NCBI GenBank assembly: GCA_965235115.1
Contig: OZ249436.1
Coordinates: 22,446,001 to 22,510,000, forward strand
DNA: 64,000 nt
Direction: 5' to 3'
DNA from: Laetmonice hystrix
Lineage: Eukaryota
Shown here: piece after piece, positions 1 to 10,549 of the stretch
Layout: each line of letters starts with the position of its first letter
Numbering within the stretch: position 1 is the first letter of the stretch
Notes under the pieces: generated by a model
What the model saw: only the letters and a program-made list of their open reading frames with translations
What the model was told of the DNA's origin: nothing
The model's database searches: none
Position numbers and translations under genes: made by a program

Positions 1-2198
1 AAAGATAACATACTTGGTCTTCTTAATATTGACTGTAAGTTTGTTGCTTTCGCACCATCTAGATAAATTCAGCAGATCTTCTTGCAGTGCCCCAGTTACT
101 TCCTCAATATTACTACCTGACCGAAATGCCACAGTATCGTCTGCATGCAATTGATGATATGAATTTTTTATAGCAGTAGACAAGTCATTAATATACACTA
201 AGAATAGCAAAGGACCCAAAATAGATCCCTGAGGCACTCCGCACATTACTTCTAGTGGATCTGATAGGGAGTTATTGCAGGTAGTACGTTGGAATCGGCC
301 AGAAAGGTAGTTGGCTAACCAGGAAAGTGTCAGACCTTTAATACCTAGGTACTCGAGTTTTTTCAAAAGTATAGAATGGTTAACGGTATCGAAGGCCTTA
401 GATAGGTCTATAAATACGGCAACTGTGACTTCCCTATCATTCATTGCATTAAAAATTCTGTCCACAAGATTTAACGCTGAGTTAGTGGTTGAGTGACCAG
501 AACGAAAGCCCCCTTGTCGATCGTCTAGCAATTTGTTGTCCTCAAAGAACCTAGTCAGTCTCTCATGTACCACTTTCTCCAATAACTTTCCCGGAATTGG
601 GAGGAGTGACACGGGCCTGAGATTCGACACATCAGATTTACTACCGTCTTTTTGGAGAGGCACAACAGTAGCACACTTCCATTCCTGTGGATAAATACCA
701 GTATTCAACGATAAATTGAAAAGGAAGCATACTTTTTCAGGTACGGCAAGAAATGCCTCTTTAATTACTCTACTAGATACGTTATCGATTGATGATGATT
801 TATAGATATTAATATCTTTAGCTAGCTTAATAATTTCTTCTGTTGTCGTGGCTATTTCCCCTATAGCAAGGTTATTCTTAGTACCCTTGTACTCCCACAC
901 CGTGTTATGTTGTCTCGCTAATTTAGGCCCAATATTAGTAAAGAAGTCATTAATAAAGTTTGCGGTTTTATCCAGTTCAATTTTGTTGCCTGTTTCAGTA
1001 TCAATTAGGTTAAATGTGGGCGTTTGCGATTTATTGTTCGGTAACACTTGCTTTAGCATTTGCCAAAACTTCTTACTATCATGGCTATTACTTTCAAGAT
1101 TATCATTGATAAAGTCCGCTTTAGCCCTACGCAGTTTACTTAAAGTTTGATTCTTTAACTTTCTTGCCCTTGCGCAGTCGTCGGGGTTTTGAGTTTGTTT
1201 AGCCCGTTTCAAGGCGTAGTCTTTATCTTTGATAAGTTCAAGTAATTCTGAGGTAATCCAAGGGTCCTTTATTTGCTTGATTTTGAATGTTTTGAGTGGA
1301 CACATACTATCTATTATGTCTCTAACTTTGGTTAGAAAGAGATCCCATGCTTTATCTGGGTTAGTTTCACTGTCAAAGTCCGCCCAGATAGCGTTCCTCA
1401 TACGAGTCTTAAAATATTCCTCATTAAAGTCTCTGTAGGATCTTCCTTTGAACGAAACTTTCTTCTTAATAGTAATGCCTTTTTTACGGGTGACATAAAC
1501 CATATTATGATCACTGATGTTACAGTCTAGGACCCCTGATGTGCAATAAAGTCAGAATTCGTCAGAATCAGGTCCAAACAGCTACATTTACTTTTAGTCA
1601 TTCTTGTAGGTTCATTAATAATTTGTTGTAGTCCGAGAGATCTAGCAAAATTTACAAGTAATTTAAAGTTTTCAGTTTTCTTATCAAGATAGTCGATATT
1701 TATGTCACCCAGGATAAAAAGGTCTTGACCAATCAAATCAATTTCTTGTATGGCATTTTCCAAGTATTCAAGGAATAGTTTAGTATTTCCCTGCGGAGGC
1801 CTATATATCGTAGCAACTATAATTTTGCGTTGTTTCTCAGGTTTTAAGACTATCCATTGTATCTCTATGTCTATGCTGCTTTTATTTAGGTAATTTAGGT
1901 CCGTGTCCGAGAAGGGAATGCCAGCCCTTATGAAGGTAGCCACACCCCCACCCTTTTTGGGGTTCGTACTATCTTGAGAACACCAGGCTCTATCAAGTCT
2001 GACTAAATTGAAATCTGGAATCGATATCATGCCATCTGGTATTTTGGGATTTAACCATGTTTCAGAAACGGTTACTATATGTAAATTCGAGTTATTGATA
2101 TACTGCTTGAGGTGATCAATCTTGTTGAAAATACTCCTCGTATTCAAATGCGAGAGATGTAGGCCCTTGCGACTTGTGATATTGTTCAAGTCATCCAT
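1..2198 (-). pseudogene. LINE-A ORF2 copy 1 (partial), same frameshift near 1538
   Basis: Identical to copy 2, including the frameshift and HADD. Confidence 0.86.
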
Positions 2199-2640
2199 AA
2201 TACAGTGTAAACATTCAAGCTTATTTCATGTGAGAGTGTCCCGATAATGATAGTACCCATCTTCAGTATAATAAACAACTTACAAGTTATCCGACCCTGG
2301 TATAGGCGTCTATCGCCACCAGGGTTATTGTCGACACACAAAGCCATGACACGGTCATACAACATCATGTTGGCTGACTGTAGAAGAAGAAGACAGTCTG
2401 CTCCTCTGCGTGTAGTTTGGAGCATAACCACATTACCTCTGAGAAGAGTATGTCAAGACCTCATCGTTCTGTAAGGTGGTAAGCCAAGTATCACCCCCTT
2501 AGTGAGATTGGTGATTCGTTGAGGCTACCCTTTGGTAATGTTGGCGAATCGGTCTATTAGGACCTAGGAACATTATATATACAACTATATCACATACGTT
2601 GAACCATAATGTACAGCATCATATTTTAGATAACGGCGAG

Positions 2641-3740
2641 CTACATTGAGAACGATGGTTCAGTTGTACAATAACCATCCAATAAACGACGAGTTACTCC
2701 TGTACAAATTACCGTACCTCCTGACTTCGCCATCTTCTACATTGAGATCGATGGGTTGGCACCTGCATCATATGTACGAGTATAAGATACCCGGACCATT
2801 AGGTTTGATCACGTTCTACATTGAGAACTATGGTTCAGTTGTACAATAACCATCCAATAAACGACGAGTTACTCCTGTACAAATTACCGTACCTCCTGAC
2901 TTCGCCATCTTCTACACTGAGATCGATGGGTTGGCCAAGGAGCACCTGCATCATATGTACGAGTATAAGATACCCGGACCATTAGGTTTGACCACATTTC
3001 ACATTGAGAACGATGGTTCAGTTGTTGTGCGATTACTGACGTGCGCCAAGAACTGAAAACCTATATTCTTAATAGTTCTCATTACCTTTGCCCATCCGGA
3101 CACCGCGACTGGGTAGAAACATTTGTAACCAGAAGTCTTACATTACAATAACCATCCAATAAACGGCGAGTTACCCCTGTACAAATTACCGTACCTCCTG
3201 ACTTCGCCATCTTCTACACTGAGATCGATGGGTTGGCCAAGGAGCACCTGCATCATATGTACGAGTATAAGATACCCGGACCACTAGGTTTGATCACGTT
3301 CTACATTGAGAACCATCCAACCCTGTTACCCTGTACAAATTACCGTACCTCCTGACTTCGCCATCTTCTACACTGAGATCGATGGGTTGGCCAAGGAGCA
3401 CCTGCATCATATGTACGAGTATAAGATACCCGGACCACTAGGTTTGATCACGTTCTACATTGAGAACCATCCAACCCTGTTACCCTGTACAAATTACCGT
3501 ACCTCCTGACTTCGCCATCTTCTACACTGAGATCGATGGGTTGGCCAAGGAGCACCTGCATCATATGTACGAGTATAAGATACCCGGACCACTAGGTTTG
3601 ATCACGTTCTACATTGAGAACCATCCAATCCTGTTACCCTGTACAAGTTACCGTACCTCCTGACCTCGCCATCTTCTACATTGAGATCGAAGGGTTGGCC
3701 ATGGAGCACCTGCATCATATGTACAAGTATAAACCTATAT
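2641..3740. repeat. ~154-bp (and longer variant) tandem repeats in the LINE-A inter-ORF spacer, copy 1
   Basis: Unit starts at 3306, 3460 and 3614 (period 154); core tacaaattaccgtacctcctgacttcgccatcttctaca. Confidence 0.9.
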
Positions 3741-3781
3741 ATAGTCTATACCAAGGTGACGGTGGTGAAACACTTCGGCCC

Positions 3782-5128
3782 TTACTGGCTAAGCCTGTCT
3801 CTGTATTCCTGGAGAACAATGCCCAGTTTGTTGCCACTTTTGACGTTAGGTTGTGATATAGAACGGTACTGCGCAAGCGTAAATCCGCACCCGTAAAATG
3901 CATCGTGTGTGGCCTCATACAGATTACCTGTCGTGGAAAGGAGTTTCTCCCTAATTACATTGTTTTGATCAAACTTGAGAGAAACGATCTTCTTCATGGT
4001 TGCGAGTTTAGATTGTTCCCATTCTTGTGTGGACTTGATTTGTTTTCCGAGTCTCATTGCCTCATAAGCATCTTTCGCACAAGAAATTTCCCTCTCTGCC
4101 TCGGGGTTGTGACATTGGCGCGCTTTTTCTGCTTGATACAGGTGTTCTGCCGAGGGGTAGACAGCTCCGTTGTATTTAATTTGACAGGGGTAGAGGTTAG
4201 ATAGAAAGGCGTGGTGCCCCTGGAACGCAACCCCATCTGTTACTTTGACCACCTTGGCCGATTCCAGGGAAAGCCCGTGAGGGAGACTATTGATATCCTG
4301 ATAGGTGTACTTCTCGGCCTCTATGACAAGTGTACCACCCTTGACTTGGGCTTGGATGTCTTGTTTGCGCGCATAGGCTGCGACTGCCCGCAGATCACGG
4401 CGCTCACTCAGGACCTCTGGTGATAAGTCGTCTGTGACGTAGACTCCCTGCCACTTTCTATTGTCTCGTAGACCCGATATGCGTCGAAAGAGTTCTTGTT
4501 TCGCTTGAGTGGTCGAGAACTTGACCATTACCGATCTTGGCCTAGTATTGTTCTTCTTGGGACCCAGCCTGTACACACTGTCGACAATACACGTCGTCAA
4601 ATCCACTTTCAGGTCCCGGAATAACTCCACTACCTTTGCCCTGACATTATCCTCACCGACCTCAGTTAGCCCACCAATAATTATGTTTTTCTTTCTCTTT
4701 TCGTTTTCCAATATGGCAAGCTTTTTTTCTACCGAGCTTAGTTTCAGTTCATATGCTCTCACTTTGGTCTGTGCGTCTTCCAGTTGATCGGATAAGCTGG
4801 ACATATCATTCTCAATTCGGTCCACCCGGTCTGTGAGCGCCTCATTCTTCTCCTTTAACTTATCAACTGTTGCATTTATTGTTTCGATATGTCTGTCCAG
4901 CTTCTCGTTCGCGGCACTAATGGTTGATTTGATATCAGACAACTGTTTACATACGTCTGCATTACCTGCTTGAGTCTTCAGGATCTCCCTCATCAAGTCA
5001 TTCATATCTATTGTATCACTGGGTTCACTTGTGTTCACGCTCACCTGAGGTGTTCTGTTGTCCTGGCCTGAGCACTCAGCCTTTTCCACGCTCCTGGTTT
5101 TGATTTTTGACATGTCCTTAGGGCCCAT
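3782..5128 (-). CDS. LINE-A ORF1p with NADAR domain (copy 1, identical protein)
   Basis: Translation identical to 19938..21284. Confidence 0.85.
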   Translation of the reverse strand: MGPKDMSKIKTRSVEKAECSGQDNRTPQVSVNTSEPSDTIDMNDLMREILKTQAGNADVCKQLSDIKSTISAANEKLDRHIETINATVDKLKEKNEALTDRVDRIENDMSSLSDQLEDAQTKVRAYELKLSSVEKKLAILENEKRKKNIIIGGLTEVGEDNVRAKVVELFRDLKVDLTTCIVDSVYRLGPKKNNTRPRSVMVKFSTTQAKQELFRRISGLRDNRKWQGVYVTDDLSPEVLSERRDLRAVAAYARKQDIQAQVKGGTLVIEAEKYTYQDINSLPHGLSLESAKVVKVTDGVAFQGHHAFLSNLYPCQIKYNGAVYPSAEHLYQAEKARQCHNPEAEREISCAKDAYEAMRLGKQIKSTQEWEQSKLATMKKIVSLKFDQNNVIREKLLSTTGNLYEATHDAFYGCGFTLAQYRSISQPNVKSGNKLGIVLQEYRDRLSQ

Positions 5129-5527
5129 TGGTATCTCCGCAGTAAATGTGAGGGTTATGCTGTTCTCTAATCAAGTATTTGGTATTGACGACCGTATATA
5201 CGGCAATAACGCAGAGGAGCCGACACGTCAACCTGTACTCAGTCCGCCATGTTGTTCCACTGCCTAATCACTGCGCTTCCATATCCTTAAATCTAGCGAA
5301 AGTATACATAATTTCTATTTTATCCGACCACAAACAGGGTGTCTCTCAGTGGCTACGGCGTTCATATACGACTGGGTACCGAGTCGGGGGCAGCCGTATG
5401 CCTGCCACATGCCACTTCTCTAGTTTCGAAGTTTACCACCAGGTAGCAGCACGTCTCTTTTTTCTTTTCTTTTCTCCGTGCGTTTTTCCCAGATCGCCGG
5501 GACGCCCGTTCCCCTGTGGGGGTGGGG

Positions 5528-8500
5528 CTACGCTGTATCCCATTCATTTAGATGGGTATTAATTCTTATTAGGTTTTTTGCTGCCTTATGCACTATGTTC
5601 ATGTCTTTCGAGAATATTTGCGAGATCAGGGTTTTTGTCTCATCGTCTTTGTGTATTCCTGGGCATGTTTCCATAAGGTGTTGTTGTGTTTCATCTTCTT
5701 GGCCACACCCCCTACATTGTAGGTTATTATATTTGTTTTTATAGTTTCCTTTGGCTTTTATCATCCTTGTTCTTGCCATGAATATTGCACTTGCCTGATT
5801 CCTTGTTAGTTCCTGTAGGTATGTCGGTGTTCTTTTTCCATCTTCCTTGTTTGTTGTTAGGAATATATACTTAGATTTGTTTCTCCCGTCATTCTTCATT
5901 TTCTCCTCCATTTGTTGTTTCGCCATTCTCCTTATTGTCTCTTTCCTTTGGTGTATCCCCATTGTTTGGAGGTTTGATATATCCATGCTCATCTGTTCTG
6001 CCAGTTGTCTGGTTCTTTGGTTCCATGATTTAGTGTTGTTGTCTTGGGTTATTTGTCTCATGCTTTTCAGGTTATTTCCTTGTAGTTTGGTGGCATAGTT
6101 AATTTTTTTTGTGGCTATTATGTGTTCAATGTCAAGGAGTTTGGTTTCTTCGTATATGCATTCTCTTGGGGTGGATTGGGGTATTCTTAGGAGTCTTTTT
6201 ATTATGTTGTCGAGGATTGTATTCAGTTTTTTCATTTGGGTTCGGTTTATGGTCCATGTTTCAGCTCCATATGTTATTATCGGGATTATGCATGTTTTCA
6301 CTAGTGTCCATATGGTTTCCATCTCTATGCCTTTGAAGTTGTCGTCTTCTGCTATCTGTAGGATGGTTTGTAGTGCTGCTTCAGTTTTTCTTTCTGTCTC
6401 TTGGATGTGGTCGTCTATGTTGTTTTTATTGTTAATAGTCTCTCCCAGGTACTTGTATTTATTTGTTGGTTCTATGGTAACGTCCCCTATTGTTAGTATA
6501 TTGTCGTGGTTTCCCTTACCTATGGTCATGGTTTTTGATTTTTCTTTTCCGAATTCTATTCTCAGGTCACTCGCCACTCTGTTTGTTATTGCTAGTAGTC
6601 TCTTTTGGTCATCCATGTTGTTTGTTATTAGGACTACATCATCTACCCACAGGAGGCAGATTGAGTTCTTGTCGATGCTGGTTTCCTGGAGTTCTTTGGC
6701 TTTCATTATTTCCTTGTTGATTTCATCCATGAGTGTGGCGTATTGGGTGACCGCTAGGACTCCACCTTGTCTTATGCTATCTCTTATTTTTATGGGTCTG
6801 GTGTTGCCGTGGGATGTTCTTATTGTAGCTGTTAGGTTATTGTTGAGTTTATCTATTAGGTTCCAGGTGGCTCCTGTGCATCCTTGTTTGTGGAGTATGA
6901 ACATGATGGCATCGATCCATGCCTTATCGTATGCTTTGGTCACATCTAGGAATGTTATGTAGGTATTTTTGTTGCAATTTTTGTTTTGTCTTATTATTTC
7001 TTTTATTCTTAGGATGTGGTCCGTGGTGCTCATCCCTTTTCTCCCTCCTGCTTGTTCGTCTGTTATTTTTATGGTTTTTAGGATTCTGTTGTTTATCAGT
7101 CTCTCATATGTTTTTCCTATGTTACTTGACAGGGTTATACCTCTTTCATTGCTGCATTTTCCTTTGACTCCTTTTCCTTTATACATTCTAATGACTTCTC
7201 CCTCTAGCCATTGGGTTGGGATTTCCTTGGTTTCCGAGATGTGGTTGAGTGCTGCTAGGTATATTTTCCTTGTTCTCTTGTTAGCATTTATGAGCACTGT
7301 GTTTGGTATGTTATCTGGTCCATTGGCCTTTTGTTTTTTGAGTTTTTTAATGACTGTGTTCAGCTCTTCGCTAGTGAATGGTTCCATTTGGTCCTGTTGT
7401 GTGGTTTGTCTTAGTTTGTTGACCGTTGCTTGTATGTTTTTTGAGCTTTCTTCGTTTTCTGGTTTTCCTTCTCTTGCTTGGTACAGTTGTTCGTAGTAGT
7501 TAGCTATGTGGTTCTTTTTCTCCTGGGGGTTGGTTATCTCTACTCCTTGTTCGTTTCGGAGGTATTTGTCTATGTTATCTTCCTTTTTTAGGATTTTCTT
7601 CCTTGTTTTCCAGAAATCTTTGGACTTCGACCCTCCTTGGAGTACAAGGTTTTTCATTTTTATCCTTGTTGTTATCTCTAGGTTCGCTTGAATTCTGTTT
7701 CTTAGGTTTTTCTGTGCTCTTATGTAGTTGTCCTGTTTCTGTTCTATTTGGGAGTTAGGCTGTTTTGTTTTGATGGCCTTTTCGTACTCTTGTCTTGTTT
7801 TTCGTTTTTCTTCTCTTAAGTTCTTGGTTTGTCTGTCTTCTTTTTTTCTCCCTTTTCCTCTTATGGTTATTGTTCCTATATTTCTTTTTAGGCTTTCTTT
7901 TATTGTGGTCTCTAGGGTGCTGTAGCTAGTTTTCACCCTCTCTAGGTTTTTTGTAATATCATTGTTGAATTTTCTCCATGCTTCTTTGTTACCTGGTGCC
8001 CATATTTTTGTGTGTTTTTGTTTGGTTTTTCCGATGGCACAGTTTAGGTTGAGGGTAATGGTATTATGGTCCGTCTCTTTCCTCCCTTTCAGGGTGTAGA
8101 TATTGTGGGTATGTATGGTGGTATCCGTTACCCTTTGTGCCATCCCTTCGTTGCATAAGATATAGTCAATTATTGAATGTTCTGAGTTCTTGTTTCTATT
8201 TTGGCGTGTCCAGTTTATGTTGTGCGGTTCTGTGTTCAGGACTTTCATGGCTGTTGCTTCAATGATGTTTGTTAGTAGTTTTCCATTCCTGCTTTCATCT
8301 TGAGTGTATGGTGGTATATCTGTTTTTATCTTTGCGTTAAAGTCTCCTATGAGTATGACGTCTCCTTGTTGTTTTAGTTCCGTGATTGTGGTTCCTATTT
8401 CATAGTATTCCCTGCTTACTGTCTCCTTGTCTATTTTTTCTTGGGGTCCATAGTAGGCTCCGAGGTATGTTGGCTTGTTCTTTGTTTTGATCTTTATCCA

Positions 8501-8842
8501 TATGATTTCGTGGTGGTTATGTTTTGGGAGGTCTAGTTCTTGTGAGTTTTGGAAGGTTTCTTGGTCGATTAGTATCCCTATTCCTCCTCCGCTTTTTTCT
8601 TTTCTTGGTTTGTGGTACCATTGGTATCCTTCTATGTTTGGTGGTTTCTTGGTTTTTGTTTCGGCTATGATGGCTATGTTGGTTTCGTGGGTTCTTAGGG
8701 TTGCTTCTAGGCTGGCTTTTTTCCCTGTGATTCCATTTGCATTGGTATATAGTATTTTGATGGGTTTATTTTGGGTATTCCGATATTTTCTTTTCCTGGG
8801 GCTGTGTTTTCTTTTGTTTTTTTGTAGGGGGTGGCCTTCCTC
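5528..8842 (-). CDS. LINE-B ORF2, 1104 open codons: APE + RT + C-terminal Cys/His knuckle; no AUG before 8248
   Basis: Manual translation of 8842-8249 is stop-free and holds APE motifs ILYTNANG, IIAET, GGGIGILI, YYGPQE and GDFNAK. Downstream are IIDYIL, TDHNTI, FLDVTKAYD, IRQGG, WVDD, YKYLG and CRGC...HLMETC. Confidence 0.9.
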   Translation of the reverse strand, partial: EEGHPLQKNKRKHSPRKRKYRNTQNKPIKILYTNANGITGKKASLEATLRTHETNIAIIAETKTKKPPNIEGYQWYHKPRKEKSGGGIGILIDQETFQNSQELDLPKHNHHEIIWIKIKTKNKPTYLGAYYGPQEKIDKETVSREYYEIGTTITELKQQGDVILIGDFNAKIKTDIPPYTQDESRNGKLLTNIIEATAMKVLNTEPHNINWTRQNRNKNSEHSIIDYILCNEGMAQRVTDTTIHTHNIYTLKGRKETDHNTITLNLNCAIGKTKQKHTKIWAPGNKEAWRKFNNDITKNLERVKTSYSTLETTIKESLKRNIGTITIRGKGRKKEDRQTKNLREEKRKTRQEYEKAIKTKQPNSQIEQKQDNYIRAQKNLRNRIQANLEITTRIKMKNLVLQGGSKSKDFWKTRKKILKKEDNIDKYLRNEQGVEITNPQEKKNHIANYYEQLYQAREGKPENEESSKNIQATVNKLRQTTQQDQMEPFTSEELNTVIKKLKKQKANGPDNIPNTVLINANKRTRKIYLAALNHISETKEIPTQWLEGEVIRMYKGKGVKGKCSNERGITLSSNIGKTYERLINNRILKTIKITDEQAGGRKGMSTTDHILRIKEIIRQNKNCNKNTYITFLDVTKAYDKAWIDAIMFILHKQGCTGATWNLIDKLNNNLTATIRTSHGNTRPIKIRDSIRQGGVLAVTQYATLMDEINKEIMKAKELQETSIDKNSICLLWVDDVVLITNNMDDQKRLLAITNRVASDLRIEFGKEKSKTMTIGKGNHDNILTIGDVTIEPTNKYKYLGETINNKNNIDDHIQETERKTEAALQTILQIAEDDNFKGIEMETIWTLVKTCIIPIITYGAETWTINRTQMKKLNTILDNIIKRLLRIPQSTPRECIYEETKLLDIEHIIATKKINYATKLQGNNLKSMRQITQDNNTKSWNQRTRQLAEQMSMDISNLQTMGIHQRKETIRRMAKQQMEEKMKNDGRNKSKYIFLTTNKEDGKRTPTYLQELTRNQASAIFMARTRMIKAKGNYKNKYNNLQCRGCGQEDETQQHLMETCPGIHKDDETKTLISQIFSKDMNIVHKAAKNLIRINTHLNEWDTA

Positions 8843-10549
8843 CTATCTCCTGTGGTATCTGTCTGGTGATTGATTTCTGGGTCTTTTTTCTCTGGGCTCT
8901 GGGTTTTGCTCGTATCTTTGTTTGTTTGTTGTCCTTCCCTGTCTTTCTTCGTCTTCCCTCTGTTCCACTATTTTCATTATTTCGTGTATTGTTTGGTCTA
9001 CATTTTCCGTTGTTGTTCCTGTTACTTTCATTGTCTCTGAGTCGTTGTCGTAGGCTGCCATGGTTTTGTTTCTGCTTGTTATTGTGTGTATTGTTTTCCC
9101 TCCTCTCCCTAGTACGTGTTTCACGATATTCCTGTTGATCTTTGTTTCTGCCGCACATTTTGTTTTTGTGGATATTTCGAGGTGTTCTGTGCTCGGGGTT
9201 TTTGGGTTTTTGGGTTTTTGGGTTCTTTCATCTGTTTTTTGTTCGTCGAGTAGTGCTTCAATCATTTCTGTCAGATTTTGGGCTGTTGCTTCCGCAGTCT
9301 CCTCTGTTATGTGGTATCCATCTTTCTCCAGTTTTGTGTTTCTTGGGTAGGGGTCGATTACTTTTTTGTTTTCCTCTCTTAGGTATTTTGGGAACATGTT
9401 TCTTTCGATTTCTCTGGATGGTGCTGCGAATCTTGGGGGTTTTATGAATATCGTTTTGTGAGGAGGTAGGTTCTTTGTGGCTCTTGTCAGTTGTCTTGTC
9501 GTTTCTTTCGCTGTCTCTCCGTGTCTGATGTGGTTCGTCCCTATGTGCATCATTATGATGTCGTGGTCCTCTATCTCTTGGGTGTTGTCATCTAGTGTCT
9601 CTTGGAGTTGTTGGGTAGTATATATTGTTTTTATGTGGGTTTCGGTGGTTTCGGTGTCTTCTATGTATCTTGAGATCTTGGTCAGGTTTGAGTCACCGAG
9701 GATGACTACTTTGCTCTTTTTGGGTATTTTGTCTTCTTTTATAGTTTCTTTTTGGGTTTTCATTTTTTCTTCTATCAGCTGGTCAATTACCTCATCTTTG
9801 TGTCCCAGGGTTTCGTAGGCTTCTTCGTTTTCTTTCGTCAGGATTCTGATTTTCTCTTTGTCTTTTGCTGCTTCAAGTTTTAGTTGGGTTATCGTTTTTT
9901 CGTGTTCGTCAATTTGTTCCAGGGCGTTTTCTAGTTGGTCTATGGCATTCAGTGACTGTTCCTGTAGTTCTTCTTGTTTGTTTATAAGTTCTGTTATTTT
10001 CGCGTTGGCGTTTCTTGCCTCCTGGGTTGTCTTTTGTTCGTCTCTGGCACTTTCTCTTTTGAGTTGGTTTTTTTCTTTTTCTGTTTCTGTTAGTTTTGAT
10101 TTTAGGCTTTTGTTTAGGGCTTCCATTTCCTTCTTTGTTCGATTCGCTTCTATTTCCGTTTCTTTGATTTTCTCGTTGAGTTTTTTGTTTTGGGTTTCTG
10201 TCAGGTCACAGTTTTTGCACTTTTTATTTGTTTCCTTGCTGGTGTCTTTGTCTTCTTTCCCCATTGCAAGTTTTTTGTAGCTTCCGTCTTTTTTCCTGGC
10301 AGACTCCCTCATTGGTCTGCTTGTGGTTGGGGTTAGGTCCTGTTGTGGTTGGGTTTTCGTGTTTTTTGGTTTTGTTGTTTGGGTGTTTTGGGGGGTTCTT
10401 GTCTGTGATTCTTCGCTATCTGTAGTTGATGATTCATCGTCCGTGTTTATTTTGCCTTTCGTTTGTATGTCGATTTCAATGTCAGAGGCTGACGTATCGG
10501 GTTTTTCTTGTTTTTTTGGGTTTTTGGGGTCTTCTTGGTCTTGTTCCAT
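8843..10549 (-). CDS. LINE-B ORF1p, 568 aa: coiled coil + SGNH esterase + KH-like domain
   Basis: Long coiled coil at aa ~115-270. SGNH blocks VVILGDSN (S287), HIGTN and DGYH (D410/H413). KH signature IVKHVLGRGGKTIHTI...MKVTG...VDQTIHEI at aa ~466-530. Confidence 0.82.
   Translation of the reverse strand: MEQDQEDPKNPKKQEKPDTSASDIEIDIQTKGKINTDDESSTTDSEESQTRTPQNTQTTKPKNTKTQPQQDLTPTTSRPMRESARKKDGSYKKLAMGKEDKDTSKETNKKCKNCDLTETQNKKLNEKIKETEIEANRTKKEMEALNKSLKSKLTETEKEKNQLKRESARDEQKTTQEARNANAKITELINKQEELQEQSLNAIDQLENALEQIDEHEKTITQLKLEAAKDKEKIRILTKENEEAYETLGHKDEVIDQLIEEKMKTQKETIKEDKIPKKSKVVILGDSNLTKISRYIEDTETTETHIKTIYTTQQLQETLDDNTQEIEDHDIIMMHIGTNHIRHGETAKETTRQLTRATKNLPPHKTIFIKPPRFAAPSREIERNMFPKYLREENKKVIDPYPRNTKLEKDGYHITEETAEATAQNLTEMIEALLDEQKTDERTQKPKNPKTPSTEHLEISTKTKCAAETKINRNIVKHVLGRGGKTIHTITSRNKTMAAYDNDSETMKVTGTTTENVDQTIHEIMKIVEQREDEERQGRTTNKQRYEQNPEPREKRPRNQSPDRYHRR

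Larger units (their letters stand above)
1..5273 (-). mobile_element. LINE-A copy 1 (3' part runs off the left window edge)
   Basis: Near-identical to 16486-21429, with the same 5' junction (CGCTT at 5274-5278). Confidence 0.92.

Noticed and set aside
2646..3856. Repeated 67-80 aa plus-strand ORFs
   Set aside because: Artefacts of the 154-bp tandem repeat, with TTG starts and shifting frames.
8766..9158. 130-aa ORF overlapping the ORF1/ORF2 junction in another frame
   Set aside because: Low complexity, no motifs, and expected on a U-poor strand.
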